From: Podargus strigoides
Lineage: Eukaryota
Direction: 5' to 3'
DNA length: 64,000 nucleotides
Assembly (NCBI GenBank): GCA_028020825.1
Contig: CM051622.1
Span: 17,952,261 to 18,016,260 of the forward strand
The notes beneath the pieces are model-generated. The model had not been told where the DNA came from and searched no databases. It saw only the letters and a list, made by a program, of their open reading frames with translations. Below are positions 11,705-23,159 of the stretch, one piece after another. Both the position numbers and the translations under genes were made by a program. Every line of letters starts with the position of its first letter. Position 1 is the stretch's first letter.

Positions 11705-14150
11705 CACATAACCACAGAATGTGAGGGATTGGAAGGGACCTCAAAAGATCATCTAGTCCAATCCCCCTGCCAGAGCAGGAACACCTAGGTCAGGTCACAC
11801 AGGAATGCATCCAGGTGGGTTTTGAATGTCTCCAGAGAAGGAGACTCTACAACCTCTCTGGGCAGCCTGTTCCAGTGCTCTGTTCCCCTCACTGTGAAGA
11901 AGTTCTTCCTCATATTTATGCAGAACCTCCTAGGTTGCAGCTTGCATCTGTTGCCCCTTGTCCTATCATTGGATGTCACTGAGAAGAGCCTGGCTCCATC
12001 CTCATGACACTCATCCTTTACATATTTATAGACATTAATGAGGTCACCCCTCAGCCTCCTCCAAGCTAAAGAGACCCAGCTCCCTCAGCCTTTCCTCCTA
12101 AGGGAGATGTTCCACTCCCTTCATCATCTTTGTGGCTCTGTGCTGGACTCTCTCCAGCAGTTCCCTGTCCTTCTTGAACTGGGGGGCCCAGAACTGGACA
12201 CAATATTCCAGATGCGGCCTCACCAGGGCAGAGTAGAGGGGGAGGAGAACCTCTCTCTACCTACTAACCACACCCCTTCTAATACACCCCAGGATGCCAC
12301 TGGCCTTTTTTAGCCACAAGGACACATCGCTGGCTCATGGTCATCCTGCTGTCCACCAGGACCCCCAGGTCCCTTTCCCCTACGCTGCTCTCCAACAGCT
12401 CAGTCCCCAACTTATACTGGTACATGGGGTTGTTCTTACCCAGATGCAAGACTCTGCACTTGCCCTGGTTATATTTCATTTAATTTCTCCCTGCCCAACT
12501 CTCCAGCCTGTCTAGGTCTCTCTGAATGGCAGCACAGCCTTCTGGTGTGTCAGCCACTCCTCCCAGTTTTATGTCATCAGCGAAGTTGCTGACAGAGCAC
12601 TCTATTCACTCATTCAAATAATTGATGAATATATTCAATAGTACTGGTCCCAGTACCAACCTCTGAGGGACTCCACTGCATACAGGCCTCCAACTAGACT
12701 CTGTGCCATTGACCACAACTCTCTGGCTTCTTTCCTTCAGCCAGGTCACAATCCACCTCACTATCCAATCATCCAGACCCCACTTCGTCAGTTTAGCTGC
12801 GAGGATGCTGTGGGAGACTGTGTCAAATGCTTTACTGAAATTAAGACAGACCACATCCACTGCTTTACCATCATCTATCCACTGGGTTATGTCCTCATAA
12901 AAGGCTATCAGGTTGCTTAAGCATGACTTCCCCTTGGTGAAGCCATGTTGACTGCCCCTAATGACCCTCTTATCCTTGATATGCCTTGAGACAGCACCAA
13001 GGTCTGTAGTTACCCGGGTCTTCCTTCTTGCCCTTTTTGAAGACCGGAGTGACATTTGCTTTCCTCCAGTCCTCAGGCATCTCTCCCATTCCCCACAACT
13101 TAACAAAGATGATGGAGAGTGGCCTAGCAATGACATCTGCCAGCTCCCTCAGCACCTGTGTGTGCATCCCATCAGGACCCATGGATTTATGGATGTCCAG
13201 GTTGTTTAACTGATCCCTAACCCAGTCCTCATCAACCAGGACAAACTCCTCCTCTATTCTGACTTCCTGTGGAGCCTCAGGGGTCCTGGGCTCCTCAGGA
13301 CAGCCTCCAGCAGTATAGACAGAGGCAAAGTAGGCATTCAGTAACTCTGCTTTCTTTTTATCCTCTGTCACCAGGGCACCCCCCTCATTCACCAGTGGGC
13401 CTACATTGCCTCTAGTGTTAGTTTTGTCTGCAATGTATTTGAAGAAGCCCTTTCTGTTGTCCTTGATCTTTCTTGCAAGGTTTAATTCCAAGGAGGCCTT
13501 GGCTTTCCTAGTTGCCTCTCTTTTTCCACTTGAATTTGCCCAGCAGTTCCCTGTTTAAACATGCAGGTCTCCCAGCACCTTTCTTGATTTCCTACCTGTT
13601 GGGATGCACTGATCTTGAGCTCAGAAGAAGAGGTCCTTGAATGCTAACCAACTATCTTGGTCCCCTTTACCTTCAAGTACCCTGTCCCATGGGATTTCCC
13701 CTAGCAATTGCTTGAAAAGGCCAAAGTTGGCCCTGCTGAAGTCCAGGGTTGTAGTTCTGCTAGGTTCCAATTCTGTTCCTGCCACACGAGATCCTGAACT
13801 CCACCATCTCATGGTCACTGCAGCCAAGGCTACCCTCAACCTTCAGCACTTCAACCAGACCCTCCTTGTTCATGAGAATAAGATCCAGCAGTGCTCCTCT
13901 CCTAGTTGGCTCATCCACCATTTGCATCAGGAAGTTATCATCAATGCACTGAAGGAACCTCCTGGACAGTGGATGGCTGGCTCAGTAGGCTTCCCAGCAA
14001 ATATGAGGGTAGTTAAAGTCCCCCGTGACAACCAGGGTCTGTGTTTTCCCATGTACAGTAAATACAAGGCCAAAAGGGAGCTTGATTCCAGTTTGGCAAT
14101 TAATGCAGATAATACTCTTTTCTCTGGTGGTGTTCACTATTGCAAGATTT
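11705..14150 (-). mobile_element. CR1 LINE, 5'-truncated, about 2.4 kb, minus strand; ORF2 (endonuclease GDFN remnant plus reverse transcriptase) broken by frameshifts
   Basis: Minus-strand ORF pieces 13982..14248 (TGDFNYPH), 12970..13491 ([22 protein letters not shown]), 12606..13136 ([20 protein letters not shown]...[18 protein letters not shown]...[12 protein letters not shown]), 12279..12479 (KCRVLHLGKNNPMYQYKLG) and 11785..11979 ([38 protein letters not shown]). The CR1 3' tail ggtcccttccaatccctcacattctgtgg lies at + 11705-11740 on the minus strand. It sits in the MPHOSPH8 intron. Confidence 0.85.
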
Positions 14151-14359
14151 AGAAAAAAGTTAGAACTGTAAATACTCATGGCTGTCTGCTTGCCTGAATC
14201 TGAATTGCTCTTTATTAGCCATGGAAGAGAACATTTTAATTGTGTCATGCCTCATGCTTTGATTTTACTGATGGATTTTAAATAAATGTCACTTCATGTT
14301 CTGAAACAAAACCAAAATATTTTTTACTTACTTGTCTTGTGGTTTTGGGTTTTTTTTAG

Positions 14360-14446
14360 AATTTTCTAACAACAGTAGCTATTCTTCTGGAAGCTGGGGC
14401 GTATGTGAACATGCAGCAGAGCAGTGGTGAAACTGCTTTAATGAAG
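14360..14446 (+). CDS. MPHOSPH8: MPHOSPH8 exon, ankyrin repeat 3 (NFLTTVAILLEAGAYVNMQQSSGETALMK)
   Basis: Acceptor tttttttag|AAT at 14359/14360 and donor ATGAAG|gtaaat at 14446/14447. The 29 codons match human NFLTTVAILLEAGAFVNVQQSNGETALMK. Confidence 0.9.
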
Positions 14447-16848
14447 GTAAATTCAAAGATTGTCCTGACACAGTTTAGTAGTAAATAGTTTTGGCAGACT
14501 AATAAAATGTAAAAGCAGTTTGTAGAGTTGATTTAGGGAACATGTACTATATTTGAAATACAAATACTATTAGTTCTTCTCGGCTGTATTTTAATCCATT
14601 TTTTTAATGTTCTGTTGTATCTAAACAACAAATGCAGATGCCATCAGCATACAGTGCTAAATGTGGCTCATCATCCTCTTCTATTGTTTGGCTCAAAGAA
14701 ATGTAGATGTGGTCTTAAAACTGAGATAAGATGGTTGTCAGCAGGAACAGAATTCTGGAAAGGAGAATCTTTCACTTGGGTGTTGCTGTGATTGACTTTT
14801 TTTTTCATCGCTGACCAGAAATAAAATAACTGGTTTGCAGTCTACTTCCCACTGCCTGTTCTGCACTTTTACTCCCCTCCATCACAAGGAAATTTATTTT
14901 TTTTTTTAAATTTTGTTGTGATGGGAAAATTCTCAGACCATTAAAACAATCTGTGTTCCTTTTACTTATTTTTATTCCAAGAAGTTCCCCTATCTGAAAA
15001 CTGTATTTATATGTAGGTTATTTAAGGCAGTTTGTTTTCAGAAGAGATTACAAAAGCTTTTCTGTGTAAGACAACATGCTATTGCTTCTTTTCTGTCCTC
15101 TGCAAGGCTCGGCAAGTGTGGGGAATTCACATTTTCTGTCAAAAGAATGCTAATGCACTTACATTTTCCTCAGCCACTTCAGTCCAAAATCTCTTCATAA
15201 TTTGGCTACCTCTACAAACCTCAGTTTTGACCTTCACTGTTTTTAAAGCTGTTATTAGTATTTGATGCCCAGCTGTACATACTTTCTAATTGGCAGCCCA
15301 CAGTGATTATTTTTTTTTGATATTGGTTTTGCTGTGCACATACAAAGAATAGGGTCTTTATTTGCTGTAACTTAACTGGAGCAAGTTTAGCTATGTGTGG
15401 ATATGTATCAACGTGTTTATCAAGTCACTCGTGTGTAACCTCAGGAGTTGGATCACGCTTTTTAAGAGGCTGGAGGGGAAGTCTTGGCACTTAATTCCTT
15501 TCTCTGAGTTGGTGTATGATTTTTGTGGGGATTGGGGGGGGGAGGGGCAGATGAGTTTATTTATGGAAGATTATGGATTGAAAGCACAGATGGAAGTTCA
15601 GATCTGAGGCAAATTTCAGAAGTTAACTTCTGAAAGGCCTCATGAGGATAGAAGTGGGTATATGTACCTCTTGTACCTTTCCCTAATTCATCTGAATGAA
15701 GTGTTTGAAAACAAGTGGTCAAGAGCCTGTGTTTGCATTCTTTAATTTAAAGCTTTCTTTAGACTTTCTTGTACTTCTGTTGGGTGTTTGGTTGGTAAAC
15801 CTGATACAGGGGCAAAAGAGTTAATAGCAGTAGTTTAACTAAAGAAGTATGCAGCTCTTGCTTGGGAAGTATGTAATCTTGCCTGCTAGACAAAACAGGT
15901 GCTACAGGCTGCTGATTAGAGGAAGGCCGTTGAGAAACGGGAGGACTGTTCCTGCTCCTTCTGATAAGAGGAAGGTCAGTTCCCATCATCCCAGCATTTG
16001 AGCTGGTGGGAACCGATGCCGCAGTCTGGAGAAGAGCCAGAGGCCCACAGAGCACAGGCGCACGCAGGCGAAGCAAGAGGCGTGGAATATTATAATGACC
16101 GGATGCAATGATGTAATGTTTTATGATTCATTCCTCATGAATATGTACTGCTTTGTGCTGTAAAAAGAAACACGCCTTTGGCCCCTGGGTGTGCAAGTTC
16201 GGAGGAGCGATCCCCCTTGCACCTGGTGCTGAATAAACATACCTACTTTATAACTTTTCAGGAGTTATAGAGTCTTTTCCACGTGTCATACCCTGAAATT
16301 CTTGCTCTGAGCAGCCTTGGACACTTAGACATTTGATAGCAGTGACTGTCTAACATAGCTAAATAACAGTTTGAGGCAAATTCTGTTAATTTTACTGCAC
16401 ACCTAAGGTGCCATTTGAACTGAGATTCCTACAAACAGGCACTTCCTAGAGTTGGTTTAGTCATTCTGAATACTTCTGCAGAAACCCATTTATTCAGGTG
16501 AACAATTGCAAGATTTACAATTGCTGAACTCATTAGATGTTTTCATAGAACTTTTGGGGTTTATCTTTCCCCCTTCCAATTAAGTCCATTTGATAACCCT
16601 GAGTGTTGCTGCTTCTGTGGGATCAGATGTGTAGTGTTGCCTAGGTTAAAGATAAAATGCTTATGGAGTGTGATCCTGAGTTTTGAGCTGTGTTAGCATT
16701 TGCAGAGCAAATACCTAAACTTGTTTTCTGTATTGTAGCTGATTTTGGATTTAAATTCATTTCTGCAGTTCTGCTTACTTCAATGTTGTGCTCTAACAGG
16801 GGATTTGTCATTGTTGTCCATCCTTCTGTCTTCTCACTTTCTGCACAG

Positions 16849-17003
16849 GCTTGTAAAAGAGGGAATTCTGATATAGTGCGGCTCATGATTGAAAGCGGAG
16901 CAGACTGTAACATTTTGTCAAAGCATCAGAACAGCGCGCTGCATTTTGCTAAACTGTGTAATAATGTACTGGTGTACGAGCAGCTCAAGAGTCATTTGGA
17001 AAC
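16849..17003 (+). CDS. MPHOSPH8: MPHOSPH8 exon, ankyrin repeat 4 (ACKRGNSDIVRLMIESGADCNILSKHQNSALHFAKLCNNVLVYEQLKSHLE-)
   Basis: Acceptor ctgcacag|GCT at 16848/16849 and donor GAAAC|gtgagt at 17003/17004. It matches human ACKRGNSDIVRLVIECGADCNILSKHQNSALHFAKQSNNVLVYDLLKNHLE and ends in phase 2. Confidence 0.9.
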
Positions 17004-18501
17004 GTGAGTAAACTGTACTTTGAAGCTTGTTCTGGTTAAGTCTGCAGTACTGGGCATGTCCTAATTTTGGTTTAAGTCATTTTGGTTTAAGTCAAGAGGA
17101 AAAGGGGAGATTTCATGAAAGAGAACAAATCTGCTTTGTGCAGAATAGTAAATCATGTGAAATTAAAATTATGTGAGCTAACAGAATTAGTAGAAACCTG
17201 CTTAAACACTGATTAAAAAGATGGAAAGGAGGAAAAGAGAATTACTAGAAGTGAAAGATTCTTAAACTAGGAATAGGCAATCGGGAAAGCTAAAAAGTGT
17301 ATAAGCACTGGACAGCTGAATGTAAACTCTTATTAGGGCACGCCAAATAAATTACTTCACTAAAACAAAAAAATTAGAAACAAACAAAAGAACACCAAAC
17401 AAAAACACCATGAAAAACTGAATTATGGATCTCATTGCTGCAGAACGCTGTGTTCACAAAGGCGTGGGATTTTAGAAGATTAAGGAAATCTAAGGAGGAG
17501 TGCGATTTGGCTGCAGTCTCTAGTTTTGGGTGCCTCTAAATTGGATTGCTGGAAACTAGGACAGTGGACTAAAAAAAGACAACTGTATAATTTCCCATAT
17601 TTAATACAGCTTTGTCTAGCATCTGGAAACAAGGCTAGATGGGCATCAGGGCTTGCTTTGGTATGGCAGTTCTTGTGGTTTCTTTCTAGTCAGACACTTT
17701 ATGTATGGTAATCTCTGCTGGCACGGAGGGGAAGTGTGCTCTGAAAAATAGCTCAAAAAGCCATAAGGCTGAGAAAGTCAGGACCTTTGTCTTGCAAAAG
17801 CATTTAAAACCCATTTGTGTCAGAACAGCTTTCTGAAGAGGAGGACTTAGTAACCTGCTTGTGAAAATGCCAGATACTGTTGGGTGGTCTCTCTTTTGTA
17901 GGCTGGGCTGCTCACTTAAATTAACCCTCTCCAACCCAAGAAGCAAACAAAAGCCCCCAGTCTGACCATTTAATGGTAGTGTTGCTACTTTTTCAGTGCA
18001 TTTTAGTGGAGTTAATTGGGAACTGCATTTTTCCAATAGTATTACCAGTAAAATTATACCGTGACTTATTTATTTTTACATTGTACTCACGGTCAGGTTG
18101 ATAGATCAGCCATGCTGGGGAAGTGGTTGTCTGTTTATGTTTACCCACTTGGTACATAGTGATGTTTTGGGGATGTCTTTCTACATAAAGAGCCTTCAAA
18201 ATATGTGGCTAGTTGGATTTTTTTTTTTTAATCTTCTGCAGTGCATTTGTCTCAGCTTTTTATTTTTGTGGACCCAATAGATAAATTTCACAAACAGATT
18301 ACTGATAAAATATTTTATTAACAAAGTACTGGGACTTTGGGTTCATCTGTGTGTAAATGCTAGTGATGAAGGCACTCCCTCCTGAAAACTGGAATGCAAG
18401 AAGGTCATCTGGAATCCTTTTCTGTGTGAGCTCTCACTAATTCTGTGTGGTAAAGTAATTTTACTGTATGAAGTACAGGCCTCACTTGTTTGATCTTTCA
18501 G

Positions 18502-18656
18502 GCTTTCAAGAGTAGCAGAAGATACCATCAGGGATTATTTCGAAGCTCGTCTTGCTCTGCTGGAGCCAGTCTTTCCAATTGCGTGTCATCGTCTCTGTGA
18601 AGGGCCAGACTTTTCTACGGATTTTATCTATAAACCCCCACAAAATGTGCCAGAAG
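18502..18656 (+). CDS. MPHOSPH8: MPHOSPH8 exon (TLSRVAEDTIRDYFEARLALLEPVFPIACHRLCEGPDFSTDFIYKPPQNVPE-)
   Basis: Acceptor tgatctttcag|G at 18501/18502 and donor CAGAAG|gtaggg at 18656/18657. The phase continues from the previous exon (AC + G = Thr). It is a near-exact match to human TLSRVAEETIKDYFEARLALLEPVFPIACHRLCEGPDFSTDFNYKPPQNIPEG. Confidence 0.9.
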
Positions 18657-19782
18657 GTAGGGGTTTGCTGTTGTGGTGGAGTTTTCGTTTGTTTGTTTGC
18701 TTTTTTAAAAAAAAAAAAACAAAAAACAGTGCATTAAGAAACTGCCTTGTAAATATGTCTTAAAGTATCTGCTATGCAAGATTATTTTTGTATGACATTA
18801 AATTGCAGTACATTATAATAAGGATGCTCTGATTATGGAGTATAGGGAGAGCAGTGATGTTTGGATGCATTTTGAGTGGGGTTTGTGTATATCTTTTTAA
18901 GAGTTGGGGTTTTTTTACTGGTACATACACAGCTTCTTTGTTCATGGGTTACGTGAGCTTTGTGAGGGTTACGTTAGCTAAGTAACAGGTATCATAGGAA
19001 AGGAATGGTTAGCTTAAAAATAATAATTTTGAAAAGTCTGAATCTAAGAGCATACTTAGAAAGTCTGTAGTGGATCGTCTTGTTTTGTAGACAGCACCTA
19101 ATGCACTGGAGTCTTGGAGTATAGTCACATCGTGATACAAGTGCAGTTTAGAAATACTACAAAAAAGAAGCCAGCTGAATCAACTCTGTCTTGGTTTGAA
19201 AAAGCTGAGAATCAAATTCCCCAGATACCTGGGAATGTTTCTTCATTATTCCAGGAATCCAGATACTAATCTCTGATTCTTGGTTTAGCTGAGTCATTTT
19301 TATCCACCTTTTTGGCATATCAGGGAAATATTTACTGATCCTGATTTTTCTTGAAAAAGTACATTAATGTGACTGAAATACTACTTAAACTAAGATTGGA
19401 AGTGGTTGTGTCTGCCTGGTTTTCTGGTTGTCAAGAGTTGTAATATAATTATAGAATCAAGAACTATCCTTTATAGAATTAAGAAACTTTACATAAGTTT
19501 GTGTATTAAAACAAGGCATATGTGGGTATTGAGGATCGTTGCTTATTGAATTTCAGTGCAGTTCGTAAAGATCTATTATTGACTGGGATCAGTTGTCCCT
19601 ACCAAGAGAACAGAAACCCAAACCACATTAAATTCAACGCTCTTTAGGTAAACCTAAAAACAGAGGTGAACTGTACCAAGGATCGCCATATCTGTTCTGC
19701 TTTCCTTTCTAAGAGCCATAAAAAAATATTTCTACTGCCAAAAGACCTTAACTTAGTGACCAAGTCAATTGTGTTCTGTGCT

Positions 19783-20860
19783 GTGATCTACTGGCTTGGG
19801 AGATTGTTTAATGTCTTTATCAGTGATATGGACAAGAGGGTCGAGTGCATGCTCAGTAAGTTTGCAGATGACATCAAGTTGGTGGGAGTATTGATCTGCC
19901 TGGGGGTAGGGAGGCTCTGCAGCAGGATCTGGACAGGCTGGAGTGACGGGCTGAGGTCAATGGTATGAGGTTCGACAAGGCCAAGTGCCAGATCCTGCAC
20001 TTCGGCCACAACAACCCCATGCAGCGCTACAGGCTTGGGGAAGAGTGGCTGGAAAGCTGCCTGGTGGAAAAGGCCCTGGGGGTGCTGGTTGACAGCCGAC
20101 TGAACACGAGCCAGCAGTGTGCCCAGGTGGCCAAGAAGGAGGATCTGTGAAACTACAGGCCTGTCAGCATGTCCTCGGTACCGGGGAAGGTTATGGAGCA
20201 GGTTCGTCTTGAGTGTGATCACACAGGGTGTACAGGACAACCAGGGGATCAGGCCCAGCCAGCATGGGTTTATGAGGGGGCAGGTCCTGTTTGACCAACC
20301 TGATCTCCTTCAATGACAGGGTGACCCTCCTAGTGGATGAAGAAAAGGCTGTGGATGTTGTTTACCTGGACTTCAGTAAAGCCTTTGACACCATTTCCCA
20401 CAGTATTCTCCTAGAGAAGCTGGCGGGTCATGGCTTAGACAGGTGGACTCTTCACTGGGTTAAAAACTGGCTGGATGGCCGAGCCCAGAGAGTTGTGGTG
20501 AATGGAGTTAAATCCAGATGGAGACGGGTCACAAGCGGTGTCCCTCAGGGCTCGGTCTTGGGGCCAGTCTTGTTTAATGGATGAGGGGCAATGGCCTCAA
20601 GTTGTGCCAGGGGAGGTTTAGATTGGATATTGTGAAAAATTTCCTCACTGAAAGGGTTGTCAGGCACTGGCACAGGCTGCCCAGGGCAGTGGTGGAGTCC
20701 CCATCCCTGGAGGGATTTAAGGAACACCCAGATGAGGTGCTGAGGGACATGGGGTAGTGGTGAACTGGCAGTGCTGGGTTAACGGTTGGACTTGATGAAC
20801 CTGGAGATCTTTTCCAGCCAAGGCTGTTCTGCGATTTCTGCATGTCGCTTTGATACTCCA
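19783..20860 (+). mobile_element. CR1 LINE fragment, plus strand, with permuted internal order (mid-RT block, then N-terminal RT block, then C-terminus and 3' tail)
   Basis: ORFs 19666..19968 (LFNVFISDMDKRVECMLSKFADD), 19965..20150 ([32 protein letters not shown]...AQVAKK), 20119..20316 (NYRPVS..VPGKVMEQ read in a neighbouring frame, QHGFMRGQ), 20291..20584 ([33 protein letters not shown]...[14 protein letters not shown]). These are followed by [56 protein letters not shown] and a CR1 tail ending near 20855. Confidence 0.8.
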
Positions 20861-20994
20861 TTAGTGTTTAATATATACTATGTAATATTTGTATTTGTAT
20901 ATATATAACCTAACTGTCTTCAAACATTCAGTGTATGCAGTTGTTCTAAATAATGGGTCTTATTTCAAATTCCTGTGACTGAATTGCCTTTCAG

Positions 20995-21122
20995 GATCTG
21001 GAATTCTTCTCTTCGTTTTCCACGCAAATTTCCTTGGTAAAGACGTCATTGCTCGGCTCTGTGGACCCTGCAGTGTACAAGCTGTGGTTCTAAACGACAA
21101 ATTCCAGCTCCCTGTATTTTTG
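20995..21122 (+). CDS. MPHOSPH8: MPHOSPH8 exon (GSGILLFVFHANFLGKDVIARLCGPCSVQAVVLNDKFQLPVFL)
   Basis: Acceptor gcctttcag|GA at 20994/20995 and donor TTTTTG|gtaaat at 21122/21123. It matches human SGILLFIFHANFLGKEVIARLCGPCSVQAVVLNDKFQLPVFL. It sits between two CR1 fragments. Confidence 0.9.
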
Positions 21123-21295
21123 GTAAATACTTTCATATAACTGCTGACTGTAGAACTGCTTTATAAAGTCTTTATGGAGCAGCCTGGGAAATCTTAGTGC
21201 CTTAATTCAGATTGCGAGTATTGTGATAAAGTATTTTTGTTTGATCATGATAGGGTTCTTTTAAATGAAACTTACTTAATTATTCTTGTGTCAGG

Positions 21296-21583
21296 AAGAT
21301 GGGGGCAGACTCTTCTCGGTGGTGTCCAGTGACAGGACAAGGGGCAATGGGTACAAACTGGAACACTGGAGGTTCAGTCTTAACATAAGGAAACATTTAC
21401 TGTGAGGGTGACTGAGCACTGGCACTGCCCAGAGTAGTTGTGGAGTCTCCATCTCTGGAGACATTTAAAACCTGTCTGGACATGTTCCTGTGTGATCTGC
21501 TCTAGGATCCTGCTCTAGCAGGGAAGTTGGACTGGATGATCTTCGGAGGTCCCTTCCAACCCCTACCATTCTGTGATTCTGTG
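21296..21583 (+). mobile_element. CR1 3'-terminal fragment, plus strand
   Basis: Translates as ...[24 protein letters not shown]... then ...[21 protein letters not shown]. The tail ggactggatgatcttcggaggtcccttccaacccctaccattctgtgattctgtg ends at about 21583. Confidence 0.8.
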
Positions 21584-21664
21584 TTTTGTATATGAAGAGA
21601 ACTACAAACCTCACATATACTAGAATCCATAAAACTTTATGCCTTAAAAGGCATAAAAGGGATA

Positions 21665-21765
21665 TAGTGCTGGACAGCCTTGCTTCCACCTAGCCCTGGT
21701 TGAGCAGGGGGTTGGACCAGATGACCTCAAGAGTTCCCTTCCAACCCTTGTGTGATTCAGTGATG
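21665..21765 (+). mobile_element. Second short CR1 3'-tail fragment, plus strand
   Basis: gggggttggaccagatgacctcaagagttcccttccaacccttgtgtgattcagtg is the typical CR1 3' end. It lies about 80 bp downstream of the previous fragment. Confidence 0.6.
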
Positions 21766-22140
21766 TCAGAACTGAGGGTTTGAGCATTCAGAACTCTGAA
21801 TTTAAAGCTGCTTCACTTCACAAGTTCGCCTAGCGTCACAAATTTTTGACCCAAGTAAGTTCTTAAATATAACTACTTTGCCTTATTTTAACAACCTGCC
21901 TCATGTTTCTAATGATGAACTTTTACTTTTTGATTATTTTTTTTTCAAAATCTATTAAATGCATCACTATACACACTTTTTCAAGTCCTCTTGTTTTCCC
22001 TGGTTGCACCAAAGGTTCTCTGCAGTATACACTTCCTTCTTTCAAAAAACACATAAAGTGTTGTGTTCTTTTAGTGCACTTGTGTTGGACTTTCAGCCAT
22101 ATCCTGCCATTAACTTTGTCCATTTTCTTTTTCCTTTTAG

Positions 22141-22224
22141 GACAGTCACTTTATTTATTCCTTCAGCCCCACTGCAGGCCTTAACAAGCTTTTTATACGG
22201 TTGGCAGAAGCTCCTACTGCCAAG
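22141..22224 (+). CDS. MPHOSPH8: MPHOSPH8 exon (DSHFIYSFSPTAGLNKLFIRLAEAPTAK)
   Basis: Acceptor ttccttttag|GAC at 22140/22141 and donor GCCAAG|gtatga at 22224/22225. It matches human DSHFVYSFSPVAGPNKLFIRLTEAPSAK. Confidence 0.9.
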
Positions 22225-22817
22225 GTATGAAATGCTCTCAAAATTATATATATGTTAATTTGTTGTACAATAACTCTTCCATTGTCTAAATGCGTCCTAA
22301 TTGTGTGTTGCAAATGTAAAACTGACAGCTTCCCACCGTCTCCTCATCGCAGTTGACATCAGTTACAGTTCCATCCTGTGACGTTGCCAGAACTTAGGAA
22401 CTTTGCCAAGGGTGTTAGTTCCATCATAATTAAATGGTTTTATGCTGCAGTCAGCGTAATTCATGCACCAGGATAAAGTATGTTACAGCTAAATGGTTTC
22501 CCTGTCTATATTGTGAATTTACTGACTTACAGATACGTGGAGTGTCAGTTATTTTTTGCATACAGATGTGTTTTGCTTGTGTGTTCAGGAGAACTTGAAA
22601 GTATTTACTAGGATATTCAGTCTGCTTTTTAATGGTCCCTGTAGTCTGTTGTATTTTCCAGGTACTTTTGGCAGTAGTCCCATTACGTGTTGTAAGATGT
22701 AAGATGAATAGCAGATCCTATGCTGGTAGCATTTATTTTTATCCTTGGAGGATGCACCAGTAAATTTTTTACATCTTCAGATTTAAAACTTAGACTCTGA
22801 AATATTTTATTGTGCTG

Positions 22818-22818
<1 letters not shown>

Positions 22819-22852
<34 letters not shown>
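22819..22852. repeat. Poly(T) homopolymer, about 34 nt, in the MPHOSPH8 intron
   Basis: gctgcttttttt...ttttaaatagg. Confidence 0.95.
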
Positions 22853-22856
<4 letters not shown>

Positions 22857-23159
22857 AGGAAGAATTGAACTTGTACTCAAATGGCAGAGTATGTGTATGT
22901 CCAGTTCACATTTGGGGTTAATGTATTTGTATACCACCTAATGCAGTAGCATCTCCCCAAGTCCTTTTACAACCCACTCATATTTCATTAGGGCTGCCAG
23001 AAACTGATTTTAGTAAACATAGATTGTAAATTCCTTGTTTTGCTGTCCCAGTCACTAGCCAATGTGTGCCTTTTCTCCTGCTTTTCTTACATCAGAAGTG
23101 TGTAACACAGTAGTTACATGTGAACAATCTTTATGTGAAACCTTTGTTTGCTCTTGCAG

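Noticed and set aside
11785-14248. Multiple ORFs of 60-176 aa on both strands in the six-frame track (for example 12606..13136-, 12970..13491-, 13637..14152+, 12038..12313+).
   Set aside because: They are frameshifted pieces of CR1 ORF2 (minus strand) and its meaningless antisense frames, not host genes.
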